64,000 bases of DNA. Source: an uncultured delta proteobacterium (GTDB lineage Bacteria > Desulfobacterota > Desulfobacteria > Desulfobacterales > QNYZ01). Positions 41,182-51,269 of this stretch are shown piece after piece (position 1 is the first letter of the stretch; the number at the start of each line of letters is the position of its first letter). The position numbers and the translations under genes are program-made. The stretch is from assembly GCA_963845145.1 (NCBI GenBank), contig CAWJQU010000005.1, positions 224,001 through 288,000 of the forward strand, written 5' to 3'. The notes below the pieces were generated by a model. That model was not told the DNA's origin, made no database searches, and saw nothing but the letters and a program-made list of their open reading frames with translations.

Positions 41182-44181
41182 ATGAAACGCCGAAATTTCC
41201 TTAAACTTGCCGGAATGGGCAGCCTGTCTTTCGCCGCATCAGCCTGTACGGCTGAACCGGACCGAACCATATTTTCACTGGTTAAGGCGCCGGCCGACAT
41301 GGTCACCGGCGTTCCTAACTGGTATGCCTCCACCTGCCGGGAATGTCCCGCGGGGTGCGGGATTATTGCTAAAAACCGGGAAGGCCGAGTCATTAAGGTG
41401 GAGGGCAATCCGCTTCATCCCATCAATCGCGGTAAATTATGCCTGAGGGGCCAGGCCGCGGTCCAGGGGCTCTACCATCCGGACCGGCTCAAAACCCCAA
41501 TGTTGAAAACCAACGGGCGGTGGAAGCCGCTCTCTTACGCCGAAGCCCATGTTCTGCTTCAGGAAAAAGCGGCACAAGCCGTCGCCAGGGGGCGCGACAA
41601 TGTCCGGTTATTGACGGAATTGGTCGGCGATAGCTTAATGGCGCTGTTTAAGCGCTGCCTCACCGAACTAAACGCCGGCGACCCCTTGGTCTTTGAACCC
41701 CTGGCGTACGAATCACTCAAAACAGCCAATCGGGAAGTGTTTGGAATCGACGGCCTCCCGACTTACCGCATCGATCAGGCCGACTGCCTGGTCTCTTTCG
41801 GCGCTGATTTTCTGGAAACCTGGCTCTCTCCGGTGGAATACGCACGGCAATTCAAAGCCATGCATGCCGCCAAAGGAGGCACAAAGGGGTTGTTTTTCCA
41901 TATTAGTGCCCATCAATCCCTTACGGGTGCCAACGCCGATCGTTGGGTGTCTTGTGATCCGGGCCAGGAAGCCGTCGTTGCCCATGGGTTGATCAATGCC
42001 GCTCTTGAACAAGGCCGAGGGTTCCATCTGCCCCAATCTTTACGCCAATCTTTACGAGACGCCACCGATGCCTACACCGGCGAGACAACGGCCCGTATGG
42101 CCGGTATGGATCCAGCTGATTTCGAAGCCGTAAAATCACACCTTTTAAAAGCCCAGGCACCATTGGTTCTGGGCGCCGGTACCGGAAAGGGTACCTTTGA
42201 AGCTGATCTGGCGGCCAATTTGTTGAACCTTGTTCTGGACCCGAATCTCAAGAATATAGATTTTGACCATCGGCATCGGGTGGAACTTGCGGCCCGGCGC
42301 ACTCAGGTTCAACAGTTTTTCAACGCTTTGGATACGGATGATGTGCGCTTGCTGTTGATTAACAATGCCAATCCCGTCTACGCGTTGCCACCGGAAAGCG
42401 GTATCGGCAAAGCCCTGGACGACGACCGACTGTTTGTCGCCGCTTTTTCGAATTTCATGGACGAAACCGCCGCCCGGGCCGATCTTGTTTTTCCGGTGAG
42501 CCTCCCCCTGGAATCCTGGGATGAATTCAGCGGTAAAACCGGAGGAATCTCCCTGCTTCAGCCCGCTATGGGAAAGTGGCGGGAAGCGCCGGCCGTGGGC
42601 GATGTGATGATAAAAATTGCCTTAACAAAAGACGGTTCCGCATCTGATTCTAAAACCGGTTCTAAAGCCGGTAATAAAACCGATTATAAAACCCAGTATA
42701 AAACCTGGATGATGGAACAACTCCATTTAAAAGGGATCGTTCGGGAAAAACGTCAATGGCTCCAGGCGGTTCAAGGCGGAGGCGTGTTCGCCGAAATTCC
42801 AGCTGAAACGACTATCCGGCCCCGGTTAATGGAAAATTTCGCGGGATTGCGAAAAATAGTGGCAAATATCGGTGAAGCAAAACCGGCTCAACCGGTGTTT
42901 ATCGCGATGCCTTCCATTCGGTTTTTTGATGGTAGGGGCGCCAACCGGCCCTGGTTGTGTGAAATTCCGGACCCGTTGACCAAAGTCGCCTGGCAGACCC
43001 CGGTGCTCGGTCATCCGGAGACAGCCGCATCGGTCGGGGCCGAGCATGGCGATATTGTCACTATCCAAACCGATCATGGGCGGGCCGAGGCCATTTTTTA
43101 CGCGACAGAAAAGGTAAAACCCGGCCTGTTGATCATGGCCATGGGACAAGGCCATACCCATTTTGGCCGCTATGCCGAAAACGTCGGCATCAACCCTTTT
43201 ACCCTGTTGTCGTCCAATATCGATGAGGCTACAGGCGGGCCGCTGTTTTCCGCATCGATCACCGCCTTAGCGGTCAATGGCAAGCATATGCCCCTGGCCC
43301 ATACCGACGGCAGCCGAATCCAGCATGGGCGTAAGATCGCCCTTTCCATAACTTTGGATGAATTAAATCATAAGCCGGACGACAGTCACGGGCATGAAAC
43401 CTCATTGACCATGGAGGGCTTCCCCTTTACCTTACCCTTGCCCGAAGGTTACGACCCTAAACGGGATTTTTATCCGGCCCACAAACACGACACCTACCGA
43501 TGGGCCATGGTCGTGGATTTGGATAAATGCATCGGTTGTTCGGCGTGCGCGGCGGCCTGTTACGCCGAGAATAATATCGCCATTGTGGGTAAGGATCGGA
43601 TTCTCGAAGGCCGCGAAATGTCCTGGCTGCGGGTGGAACGGTATCTCGACCCGGACGATTCCAATAAAACCACTTTCTTCCCCATGATGTGCCAGCATTG
43701 CGACAATGCTCCCTGCGAGCCGGTTTGCCCTGTGTACGCCCCCCATCATTCCGACGAAGGGCTGAACAATCAGATCTATAACCGTTGTATCGGCACCCGC
43801 TTTTGTTCCCAGAATTGTCCCTATAAAGTGAGGCGTTTCAACTTCTTCGAGTATGAATGGCCCGCACCCATGAACCTTCAGCTAAATCCCGACGTGACGG
43901 TGCGCAGCAAGGGTGTCATGGAAAAGTGCTCCTTTTGTGTTCAGCGCATCAAGGTGGCCCATGGTGTGGCCAAAGACGAAAAAAGAGAGATAAAAGATGG
44001 AGAAGTGGTGCCGGCCTGCGTTCAGACCTGCCCTACGGATGCCCTGACTTTTGGGAATCTGGTGGATGTCAACAGCCGGGTGCGAATGCTGACCCAGGAT
44101 ACCCGAGCCTACCAGGCTATGGGGTATCTGAATACCAAGCCGGCCGTAATTTACCTCAAAAAAGTGACGCAGAAAACGTGA
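41182..44181 (+). CDS. actB: Alternative complex III subunit B (molybdopterin-oxidoreductase-like + FeS)
   Basis: Tat signal RRNFLK; CIGCSAC..C, CQHCDNAPCEPVCP, YNRCIGTRFCSQNCPYKVRRFN, EKCSFC. Confidence 0.88.
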   Translation: MKRRNFLKLAGMGSLSFAASACTAEPDRTIFSLVKAPADMVTGVPNWYASTCRECPAGCGIIAKNREGRVIKVEGNPLHPINRGKLCLRGQAAVQGLYHPDRLKTPMLKTNGRWKPLSYAEAHVLLQEKAAQAVARGRDNVRLLTELVGDSLMALFKRCLTELNAGDPLVFEPLAYESLKTANREVFGIDGLPTYRIDQADCLVSFGADFLETWLSPVEYARQFKAMHAAKGGTKGLFFHISAHQSLTGANADRWVSCDPGQEAVVAHGLINAALEQGRGFHLPQSLRQSLRDATDAYTGETTARMAGMDPADFEAVKSHLLKAQAPLVLGAGTGKGTFEADLAANLLNLVLDPNLKNIDFDHRHRVELAARRTQVQQFFNALDTDDVRLLLINNANPVYALPPESGIGKALDDDRLFVAAFSNFMDETAARADLVFPVSLPLESWDEFSGKTGGISLLQPAMGKWREAPAVGDVMIKIALTKDGSASDSKTGSKAGNKTDYKTQYKTWMMEQLHLKGIVREKRQWLQAVQGGGVFAEIPAETTIRPRLMENFAGLRKIVANIGEAKPAQPVFIAMPSIRFFDGRGANRPWLCEIPDPLTKVAWQTPVLGHPETAASVGAEHGDIVTIQTDHGRAEAIFYATEKVKPGLLIMAMGQGHTHFGRYAENVGINPFTLLSSNIDEATGGPLFSASITALAVNGKHMPLAHTDGSRIQHGRKIALSITLDELNHKPDDSHGHETSLTMEGFPFTLPLPEGYDPKRDFYPAHKHDTYRWAMVVDLDKCIGCSACAAACYAENNIAIVGKDRILEGREMSWLRVERYLDPDDSNKTTFFPMMCQHCDNAPCEPVCPVYAPHHSDEGLNNQIYNRCIGTRFCSQNCPYKVRRFNFFEYEWPAPMNLQLNPDVTVRSKGVMEKCSFCVQRIKVAHGVAKDEKREIKDGEVVPACVQTCPTDALTFGNLVDVNSRVRMLTQDTRAYQAMGYLNTKPAVIYLKKVTQKT

Positions 44182-44182
44182 T

Positions 44183-45499
44183 ATGTCTCAATTGACTTTC
44201 GCCAAAATCGATCAAACCGTCCTGGACACCCTGCGTCCGGCCACACGGGTGTATTGGTATACGGTGGCGTTACTGGCCACCGGAATCCTGGGCGGGCTGG
44301 CCTGCTGGATCTACCAGATTTTTGTCGGGATCGGTGTCGGCGGCCAAAACAATCCGGTGGCCTGGGGTACCTATCTGATTAATTTCGTCTTCTGGGTCGG
44401 TATTGCCCATTCGGGCACCCTGATTTCAGCTATTTTACATCTGTTTCATGCCGGCTGGCGCAATCCCATTGCCCGGGCCGCGGAGACCATGACCGTTTTC
44501 GCCGTTTGTACGGCCGGGCTGTTTCCTTTTGTTCACCTGGGTCGGGCCTGGATGGTCTATTACATGCTTCCCTATCCCAATGCGCGCACCTTGTGGCCCA
44601 ACTTTCAATCACCCCTCATGTTTGACGTGGTGGCCATCAGCACCTACCTGACCGTCAGTTCGCTTTTCTGGTATACCGGCTTGTTGCCCGATCTGGCCAC
44701 GGTGCGGGATCGATCCACCGGACGGCGAAAAAAAATCTTTACCATTCTCTCCATGGGCTGGACCGGAAAGATGGAACAGTGGCGCCACTACACGCGGGGA
44801 TATCTTTTCTTCGCCGCTTTGGCCACACCTTTGGTCATTTCCGTCCACAGCGTCGTCTCCTGGGATTTTGCCCTGGGCGTCGTACCCGGTTGGCACACCA
44901 CCATCTTTGCCCCTTATTTTGTGGCCGGGGCCATTCATTCGGGGTTGGCCATGGTGTTGACCCTCATGATTCCCTTACGCAAAATGTTCCATTATGAAGA
45001 TATCATTACGATGGAAGTGCTCGAAAATGTAGCCAAAACCATTATCTTGACCGGACTGATTGTCGGATTTGCCTACTTTACCGAGTTTTTTATCGCCTGG
45101 TACAGCCACAACAGTGTGGAGATCGCCATCTTCAAATGGCGGGCCCTGGGCCACTACAAGGTCGGATTTTGGATCATGGTGATTTGTAATACCATCATTC
45201 CGCTGCTGCTATTTGTGAAACCAATTCGACGATCAATTATCTGGCTCTTTATCATTTCGATTTTTATCAATATCGGTATGTGGTTCGAACGATTCGTCAT
45301 CATCATCACCAGTGTGGCCCGTGATTTTATTCCCCACGCCTGGGGACTCTACTGGCCCACAATCATCGAGTTCGGTATCATGGTGGGTAGTTTCTGCCTT
45401 TTCTTTTTTCTGTTTGTTTTGTTTGTCAAGCACATGCCCTCGGTATCCATGACGGAAAACAAAGAGATGCTGGCAGAGAAGGAGAGCCATGGGAACTGA
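44183..45499 (+). CDS. actC: ACIII subunit C (NrfD-like)
   Basis: NFVFWVGIAHSGTLISA, HLGR, SVHSVVSWDF. Confidence 0.9.
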   Translation: MSQLTFAKIDQTVLDTLRPATRVYWYTVALLATGILGGLACWIYQIFVGIGVGGQNNPVAWGTYLINFVFWVGIAHSGTLISAILHLFHAGWRNPIARAAETMTVFAVCTAGLFPFVHLGRAWMVYYMLPYPNARTLWPNFQSPLMFDVVAISTYLTVSSLFWYTGLLPDLATVRDRSTGRRKKIFTILSMGWTGKMEQWRHYTRGYLFFAALATPLVISVHSVVSWDFALGVVPGWHTTIFAPYFVAGAIHSGLAMVLTLMIPLRKMFHYEDIITMEVLENVAKTIILTGLIVGFAYFTEFFIAWYSHNSVEIAIFKWRALGHYKVGFWIMVICNTIIPLLLFVKPIRRSIIWLFIISIFINIGMWFERFVIIITSVARDFIPHAWGLYWPTIIEFGIMVGSFCLFFFLFVLFVKHMPSVSMTENKEMLAEKESHGN

Positions 45500-45998
45500 A
45501 TATCAGATCATGGGGTTGTTTACCGATGAAGAACGGGCGGCCTCGGCAATTAAGGCCCTCTCTGAAACGTCGTGGCGGTTGAAACAGGTGCACAGTCCCA
45601 TTCCAAGCCACAAGCTTTCCGAAGCGTTGAATCTGAAAAAGAGCAAAGTGGGCTATTTTACCCTGATTGGCGGCATTATCGGATTTTTTTCGGGATTTGC
45701 CCTGGCCATGTTCACATCGGCCAGGTGGGACCTGATTGTGGGCGGCAAGCCGGTGATGGCCTATGTGCCTTTTGTGATTGTGGGCTTTGAATTCACCATT
45801 TTATTTGCCGTTTTCGGTAATGTTATCGGCCTGTTGACACAGGGCGGCTTGCCCGACTTTAAAGGGTTGGATGTGTATGATTCCCGATGCTCGGGTGATC
45901 ATTATGGCGTGGTGGCCGCTTGCCCCGCAGCAGAAAAAAGTGAATTAATATCATATTTCGAGGACAAGGGCGGGGTCACGCGCGTGTTTGATACGTGA
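45489..45998 (+). CDS. actD: ACIII subunit D
   Basis: HSPIP, VGGKP, FEFTILF. Confidence 0.85.
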   Translation: MGTEYQIMGLFTDEERAASAIKALSETSWRLKQVHSPIPSHKLSEALNLKKSKVGYFTLIGGIIGFFSGFALAMFTSARWDLIVGGKPVMAYVPFVIVGFEFTILFAVFGNVIGLLTQGGLPDFKGLDVYDSRCSGDHYGVVAACPAAEKSELISYFEDKGGVTRVFDT

Positions 45999-46046
45999 TG
46001 CGGTCAGCGAGACGGCTGACGATGTGGCACCCATAGGTTCAAAAGG

Positions 46047-46173
46047 GATGGCAAAGTAATAAAGGCCAAGTTCAAGGCGTCGCGAATCCCGTGTGATGAG
46101 GCGTACTTATCGTACGCCGCAATCACGACGGGATGAAGCGCAACGCAGTAATTGGGCTTTTTACGAAGCCATC
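46047..46173. repeat. Palindromic MITE-like repeat inside the act operon
   Basis: GATGGC..GTAATAAAGGCC ... GGGCTTTTTACGAAGCCATC, inner GCGTAC/GTACGC stem. Confidence 0.75.
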
Positions 46174-46205
46174 AAGAATACGTTGCAAATGAGCTCAGAC
46201 ATTAG

Positions 46206-47399
46206 ATGTTAACGTTGAAAAACAGACGTTTGGTCATTTTCGGAGTCGCCCTGATTGCTTTGGGGTTTCTGGCCTTTATTATCCAGGCCGCCGGAAGCCA
46301 TCCCGAGCGAGCCTGGCAGGCCTATCTGATCAACTTTCTGCTCTGGTCGGCCATTGCCCAGGGGGGGCTGCTATTCTCAGTGGTCATGCACCTCACCAAG
46401 GCCAAGTGGAGCGGCCCGCTGGAGAGCCTGTCCGAGGTCTTTGCCGCTTTTTTTCCCGTCTCCTTCGGATTGTTTATTATCTTGTTTTTAGGAAAAGCCT
46501 ATATCTTTCCCTGGCTGCAGATGGACCTCCACGGCAAGGAAGTGTGGCTCAATGTGCCTTTTTTGTTTATCCGGGACGGCATTGCCTTGCTGATTTTGTA
46601 CGGTTTGGGGTTTGGCTATCTTTTTAATGCGCTGCAATTAAAAACCGACCCATCCACAACCGGCGGCCGGTTGCGCACCTTCCTCGATCAAAAAATGGGC
46701 GACCGCAGGGATATCGAACGAATCCGACAACGGATGAGTGTCTTTAGCGTGCTGTACGCCCTGGCCTTTACCGGGGTGCTTTCCCTGATCGGTTACGATC
46801 TGGTGATGGCGCTGGATCCTCACTGGGTCTCGACCCTTTTCGGGGCGTACCAGTTCGTCAAGGCGTTTTACGTGGGACTCGGGGGGCTGATTATTCTTGC
46901 TTCCGTTCTGTACCTTTCCCAGGGCGATTCAACGGGATTGACAAAAACCCATTTTCACAACCTGGGCAAGCTATTCTTCGCTTTTTGCCTTTTGTGGGCC
47001 GATTTCTTTTATGTTCAGCTGGTGGTTATCTGGTATGGCAATATTCCCGAAGAGACCGCCTATGTGATTGCACGCACCATGGCATCACCCTGGTCGGCCC
47101 TGGCCTGGACGGTTTTTATCGTTGCCTTTGTCATGCCTTTTTTCATTTTGCTGAACAAAAACGTGAAAACCAAGCCCAGGTTCATGATGATCCTGGCCGC
47201 CGTCATTCTGGTGGGCATCTGGCTTGAGCACCTGCTGCTTGTCGGTCCGGCACTCAACCACGGCACCCATAGCCTGCCCTTGGGAATATGGGACGGTTTG
47301 ATAACCCTAGGTTTTTTGGGATTAATGATCCTGGCGATTGTCTATTTCTTTGATGAATATCCGGAGTTGAAACGGTTTCGACCGGTGGAAGAAAAATGA
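46206..47399 (+). CDS. actF: ACIII subunit F
   Basis: MALDPHWVSTLFG, HNLGKL, IWYGNIPEE. Confidence 0.85.
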   Translation: MLTLKNRRLVIFGVALIALGFLAFIIQAAGSHPERAWQAYLINFLLWSAIAQGGLLFSVVMHLTKAKWSGPLESLSEVFAAFFPVSFGLFIILFLGKAYIFPWLQMDLHGKEVWLNVPFLFIRDGIALLILYGLGFGYLFNALQLKTDPSTTGGRLRTFLDQKMGDRRDIERIRQRMSVFSVLYALAFTGVLSLIGYDLVMALDPHWVSTLFGAYQFVKAFYVGLGGLIILASVLYLSQGDSTGLTKTHFHNLGKLFFAFCLLWADFFYVQLVVIWYGNIPEETAYVIARTMASPWSALAWTVFIVAFVMPFFILLNKNVKTKPRFMMILAAVILVGIWLEHLLLVGPALNHGTHSLPLGIWDGLITLGFLGLMILAIVYFFDEYPELKRFRPVEEK

Positions 47400-47947
47400 G
47401 TGTAACGACCAACAAAAACAGCCCCGATAAAAAAAGAGCCAAAAACGCCCAACTCATTTTCTGGGTGGGATTGATGGTCGTCTTTGGCATCGGGTTTCTT
47501 TTCTATTTTTATTTTCCCCCGTCGGCCGATATCGGCGCGGCCCAACCCATTGCTTTCAGTCACCGGGTCCATGCAGGTATCAAGGAAATCCAGTGCCAGT
47601 TTTGCCATTCCTATGTTGATCGATCTATCCATCCGGGGATTCCGCCCGTGGAGAAATGTTTATATTGCCACAAATATATTATTGCCAATCACCCTGAAAT
47701 TCAAAAAGAACATCAATATTTCAACACCGGCACACCCACACCGTGGAAAAAGGTGAATTATCTACCGGAGCATGTATTTTTCAATCACCAACGCCATATT
47801 AAGAAAGAACTTGGCTGTCAGGAATGCCACGGCCAAATTGAAACGATGGATCGCATCAAAGGCGAACGATTTAAAATGGCTTTTTGTATTGCATGTCACC
47901 GGGAGAAAAAAGCCAATCTGGACTGTTGGACGGCGTGCCACAATTAG
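47396..47947 (+). CDS. actA: ACIII pentaheme cytochrome subunit A
   Basis: QPIAFSH; four CxxCH plus terminal CWTACH. Confidence 0.85.
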   Translation: MSVTTNKNSPDKKRAKNAQLIFWVGLMVVFGIGFLFYFYFPPSADIGAAQPIAFSHRVHAGIKEIQCQFCHSYVDRSIHPGIPPVEKCLYCHKYIIANHPEIQKEHQYFNTGTPTPWKKVNYLPEHVFFNHQRHIKKELGCQECHGQIETMDRIKGERFKMAFCIACHREKKANLDCWTACHN

Positions 47948-47999
47948 CGTGGGATCACCATTGCAATTATCATTAAAGTAAAAAGGAGCACCCCATACA

Positions 48000-49373
48000 T
48001 TGACCGAGTCACCCGACACAGACATTCACGCTTACACCACCGCCAAGGGCTTCACCCTGACATCGGCATGCTGGATGATCGTGGGTACCTTAATGGGGTT
48101 GATCGGTGCCACAGAACTGATGGCGCCCGATTTGACGGAGAATATCGGGTGGCTTGTTTTCGGTCGTATTCGACCGGTGCATATCAACATTGTGCTCTTT
48201 GGATTTTTGACCCCGGGGCTGCTCGGTGCCGCTTTTTACTATGTGCCGCGACTTTTGCGAACCGAACTCTACAGCGAAAAATTGGGCGTCTTTACGGTGA
48301 TCGCCTGGAACCTGACCCTGGTGGCCGTGGTGGTCAGCCTTTGCCTGGGATATACGCAAGGTCGGGAATACGCCGAGATGATCTGGCCTATCGATGTGAT
48401 GGTGGTGGTGGCCTTTGCCCTGGTATTTGTCAACTTGGTGATGACCGTTAAAAACCGCCAGGAACCCGTCTTGTATGTTTCCGTCTGGTACGTGCTGGCC
48501 GGTGTGATCTTGACCGCCACCACCTACTCACTGGGCAATGTCATTTGGCGGCCAAACAGCGGTGCCTTGGTGGGTATTCCTGATGCAATCTTACTATGGT
48601 TTTACGGCCACAATGTTTTTGGCCTTCTGCTGACGCCTTTGGCGGCCGGCGTCACCTATTTTGTTATACCGCGTGTATGTCGGGCGCCCCTGTACAGCCA
48701 CACCCTTTCGCTTTTGGGTTTCTGGGCTTTGCTCGTGGTGTACACGCATATCGGTACCCATCATCTTTTACAGGTGCCCGTGCCGACCTGGTTGAAGGTC
48801 ATTGCCATTGTAGACAGCATCGCCATGGTTATTCCGGTCATGGCCTTTTTAGTCAATATCTGGTTCACCGCCAAGGGCCGGTTAGGGGAGATTCACGCTG
48901 ATATCGGCGGTAAGTTCGTCTTTACCGGCACCATCATGTACTTCTTTGTCAGCATTCAGGGGTCCATGATGTCACTGCCGGATGTTCAACGTGTGACCCA
49001 TTTCAACAACTGGGTTGTCGGGCATGCCCATATCGGTGTTTTGGGCTTTGCCGGAATGATCGCCTTGGGCGGGATTTACTATGTCTTGCCCTATATTACC
49101 CGCAAGCCATTGTACAGCCGGTTGCTGGCCGATTTGCAATACTGGCTGGTCTTAATCGGCGTGGTCGGTTTTACCGTGGTGCTGACGATTGCCGGTTTGA
49201 TCCAGGGCAATGCCTGGTTAAACGGGGAAGTGGTCTATCGAATTTTGCCGCAAATTCACCCGTATTATGTCACGCGCGCTTCTCTGGGCTTGATGCTGTT
49301 TGTATCGGCCCTGATCGGCGCGTTTAATATTATAGCCACCTTTATTTATAACGATAAAAAAGCAGTCTCATGA
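48000..49373 (+). CDS. ccoN: cbb3-type (C-family) heme-copper oxidase subunit I
   Basis: RPVH, WFYGHN, Y.HIGTHH, GHAH: six His ligands and helix-VII Tyr. Confidence 0.88.
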   Translation: MTESPDTDIHAYTTAKGFTLTSACWMIVGTLMGLIGATELMAPDLTENIGWLVFGRIRPVHINIVLFGFLTPGLLGAAFYYVPRLLRTELYSEKLGVFTVIAWNLTLVAVVVSLCLGYTQGREYAEMIWPIDVMVVVAFALVFVNLVMTVKNRQEPVLYVSVWYVLAGVILTATTYSLGNVIWRPNSGALVGIPDAILLWFYGHNVFGLLLTPLAAGVTYFVIPRVCRAPLYSHTLSLLGFWALLVVYTHIGTHHLLQVPVPTWLKVIAIVDSIAMVIPVMAFLVNIWFTAKGRLGEIHADIGGKFVFTGTIMYFFVSIQGSMMSLPDVQRVTHFNNWVVGHAHIGVLGFAGMIALGGIYYVLPYITRKPLYSRLLADLQYWLVLIGVVGFTVVLTIAGLIQGNAWLNGEVVYRILPQIHPYYVTRASLGLMLFVSALIGAFNIIATFIYNDKKAVS

Positions 49374-50305
49374 AGATGACCTACAAAGCGGTGATTTTCG
49401 GCAGCTTGACGATATTGGCCGCCGTGGTGTTTGCCGTCATCATTTTACCTTACGTCCATACCAATAAAACCACCCCGTCGGATATCTATCGGCTTCGATC
49501 CGATACCGAAGCCGCCGGTCGAAAACTTTACATCGCCAATGGTTGTGTCTATTGCCACACCCAATCGGTTCGGGTGGTAGACTGGGGGTTGGGGGCGGAG
49601 AGAATCGCTCAAGCCGGCGATTATCTCCAGGACCATCCCATTCTGCTCGGTTCCCAACGTACCGGCCCGGATCTTTCCCAGGCGGGGGGAGAACATCCCG
49701 ATGATTGGCATAACGCCCATTTCGTCAACCCCAGATACACGCGCCCCCTTTCCATTATGCCGGCATTTGCCTATCTGGGTCAGGAAAACATGGGAAGGTT
49801 GACCCAATATGTGCAGGGCCTGGGGTTTAAAGCTGCCGATGCGCGTATGAAGCGCCAGGCCTTTTGGAAAAAAGAGGCCACCAAAGCCTATGAAGCCGGA
49901 CCTGAAGCCAACGTTAAATGGTTGCACGACGTTGTACCCGCTGGATGGCGTAACATTCCCAACCCGTATCCGACCAGTGAGGCCGGGTTGGCCCGCGGTC
50001 ACAAAATCTATCAGGACTTTTGTTTCGGTTGTCACGGCCCCATCGGAGACGGTATGGGTCCCGCCCAGCCTTACATCTATCCACCGCCCCTGAATTTTAC
50101 CATTTTAAAGGATCGGGGCGTCAGCGGTGGGATTTTGTATTATCAGATCATGAACGGTATCACCGGTACGGCCATGCCCTATTTTAAGCGTGAATTGGAG
50201 TCGGAAAAGATCTGGGATGTGGGCAATTACGTTGCCGTCTATTTTATCAACCAAAGCGACGCCAATGCCGACCCCAAAGGGATCGATGCGGCGTATGAGC
50301 CTTAA
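49370..50305 (+). CDS. ccoO: cbb3 subunit II fused to a second cytochrome c
   Basis: GCVYCHTQSVR, GSQRTGPDL, SIMP; second heme CFGCH. Confidence 0.88.
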   Translation: MKMTYKAVIFGSLTILAAVVFAVIILPYVHTNKTTPSDIYRLRSDTEAAGRKLYIANGCVYCHTQSVRVVDWGLGAERIAQAGDYLQDHPILLGSQRTGPDLSQAGGEHPDDWHNAHFVNPRYTRPLSIMPAFAYLGQENMGRLTQYVQGLGFKAADARMKRQAFWKKEATKAYEAGPEANVKWLHDVVPAGWRNIPNPYPTSEAGLARGHKIYQDFCFGCHGPIGDGMGPAQPYIYPPPLNFTILKDRGVSGGILYYQIMNGITGTAMPYFKRELESEKIWDVGNYVAVYFINQSDANADPKGIDAAYEP

Positions 50306-50310
50306 GGGAA

Positions 50311-50478
50311 AGGGTTTGTGGGTTCATTGGGTTTATTGAGTTTGTTGGGTTGGTAGGGTTTGTTGAGTTCATTAAGCCCAATAAACCCAAAGAACCCAAT
50401 GAACTCAAAGAACTCAAAGAACTCTATTAACTCAATGAACCCAATAAACTCAACGAACTCTATTAACTCAATAAACTA
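50311..50478. repeat. Inverted arrays of 9-bp tandem repeats
   Basis: (TTGRGTTYR)n followed by (AACYCAAWR)n. Confidence 0.85.
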
Positions 50479-50481
50479 ATT

Positions 50482-50742
50482 ATGTATTTTCCTTACTTCA
50501 TCAGTTATATTTCAGCTGGATTCGCTATCAGTATTGTGGTTTTTATCTGGGCCTATAACACCGGCCAATTTAGAAACCAGCAGCGGGCGCGGTTTTTACC
50601 GCTGACGGAGGATTTAAAACTATCCGCGGTTAAATCATCCAAACTCAGTCGTTTGGAAACATACGCCCTTTTTTTTCTGGCCATCGCAGGTTTGAGCGCC
50701 AGTGCCGCCGTGTTGATTTTTGCCCTGATAACCGGCCGATGA
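50482..50742 (+). CDS. ccoS: CcoS/FixS-like maturation protein
   Basis: FIWAYNTGQF. Confidence 0.65.
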   Translation: MYFPYFISYISAGFAISIVVFIWAYNTGQFRNQQRARFLPLTEDLKLSAVKSSKLSRLETYALFFLAIAGLSASAAVLIFALITGR

Positions 50743-50764
50743 AGGGCGCCGAAAAGGATTTATC

Positions 50765-51040
50765 ATGCGCTATTATGAACTATTAAATTTTCAACATATC
50801 ATGATCTGGTTTTTCCCGACCCTGGCTTTTATTATTCTTCTCGGGTTGTTTTTGGGAAAAAACTACTTTTTTACCCGTCAATCGGAAAGGCGGATGACCG
50901 AAATCAGCTACCGCTTCCCCGAAGGAATTGAGGATCGCAATGCGCCGTTTCCCCTGGCCATGGCACTGGTTATTGTGGGGGCTGTCCTTTGGGGTTTTTT
51001 TTATATCCTTTTTATCGGCCTGTCAGGAGTTAAAATCTAA
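50765..51040 (+). CDS. Small membrane protein, CcoP N-terminus-like
   Basis: Two TMs around EGIEDRNAPFP. Confidence 0.5.
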   Translation: MRYYELLNFQHIMIWFFPTLAFIILLGLFLGKNYFFTRQSERRMTEISYRFPEGIEDRNAPFPLAMALVIVGAVLWGFFYILFIGLSGVKI

Positions 51041-51041
51041 G

Positions 51042-51269
51042 ATGTCACACGATGCCACCAATGAATCGGCCTTTAAAACATGGGTCGTGGTTTGTCTGTT
51101 GGCCCTGGGAATTGTGGCCAAGGGTTTTTATGCCTTTTTCGTTATTGGGGACCAGGGACAGCCTACCTGGGACTATCGGCCCGTGGCGGACATCCCCAGC
51201 GAGTCCCCGTATGCCATCTATGAAAAGTTGCCCAACCCCCAACATGTGCGGGGGGCCAAAGGGGAATAG
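51042..51269 (+). CDS. Small single-TM protein
   Basis: MSHDATNE..; tightly coupled within the operon. Confidence 0.55.
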   Translation: MSHDATNESAFKTWVVVCLLALGIVAKGFYAFFVIGDQGQPTWDYRPVADIPSESPYAIYEKLPNPQHVRGAKGE

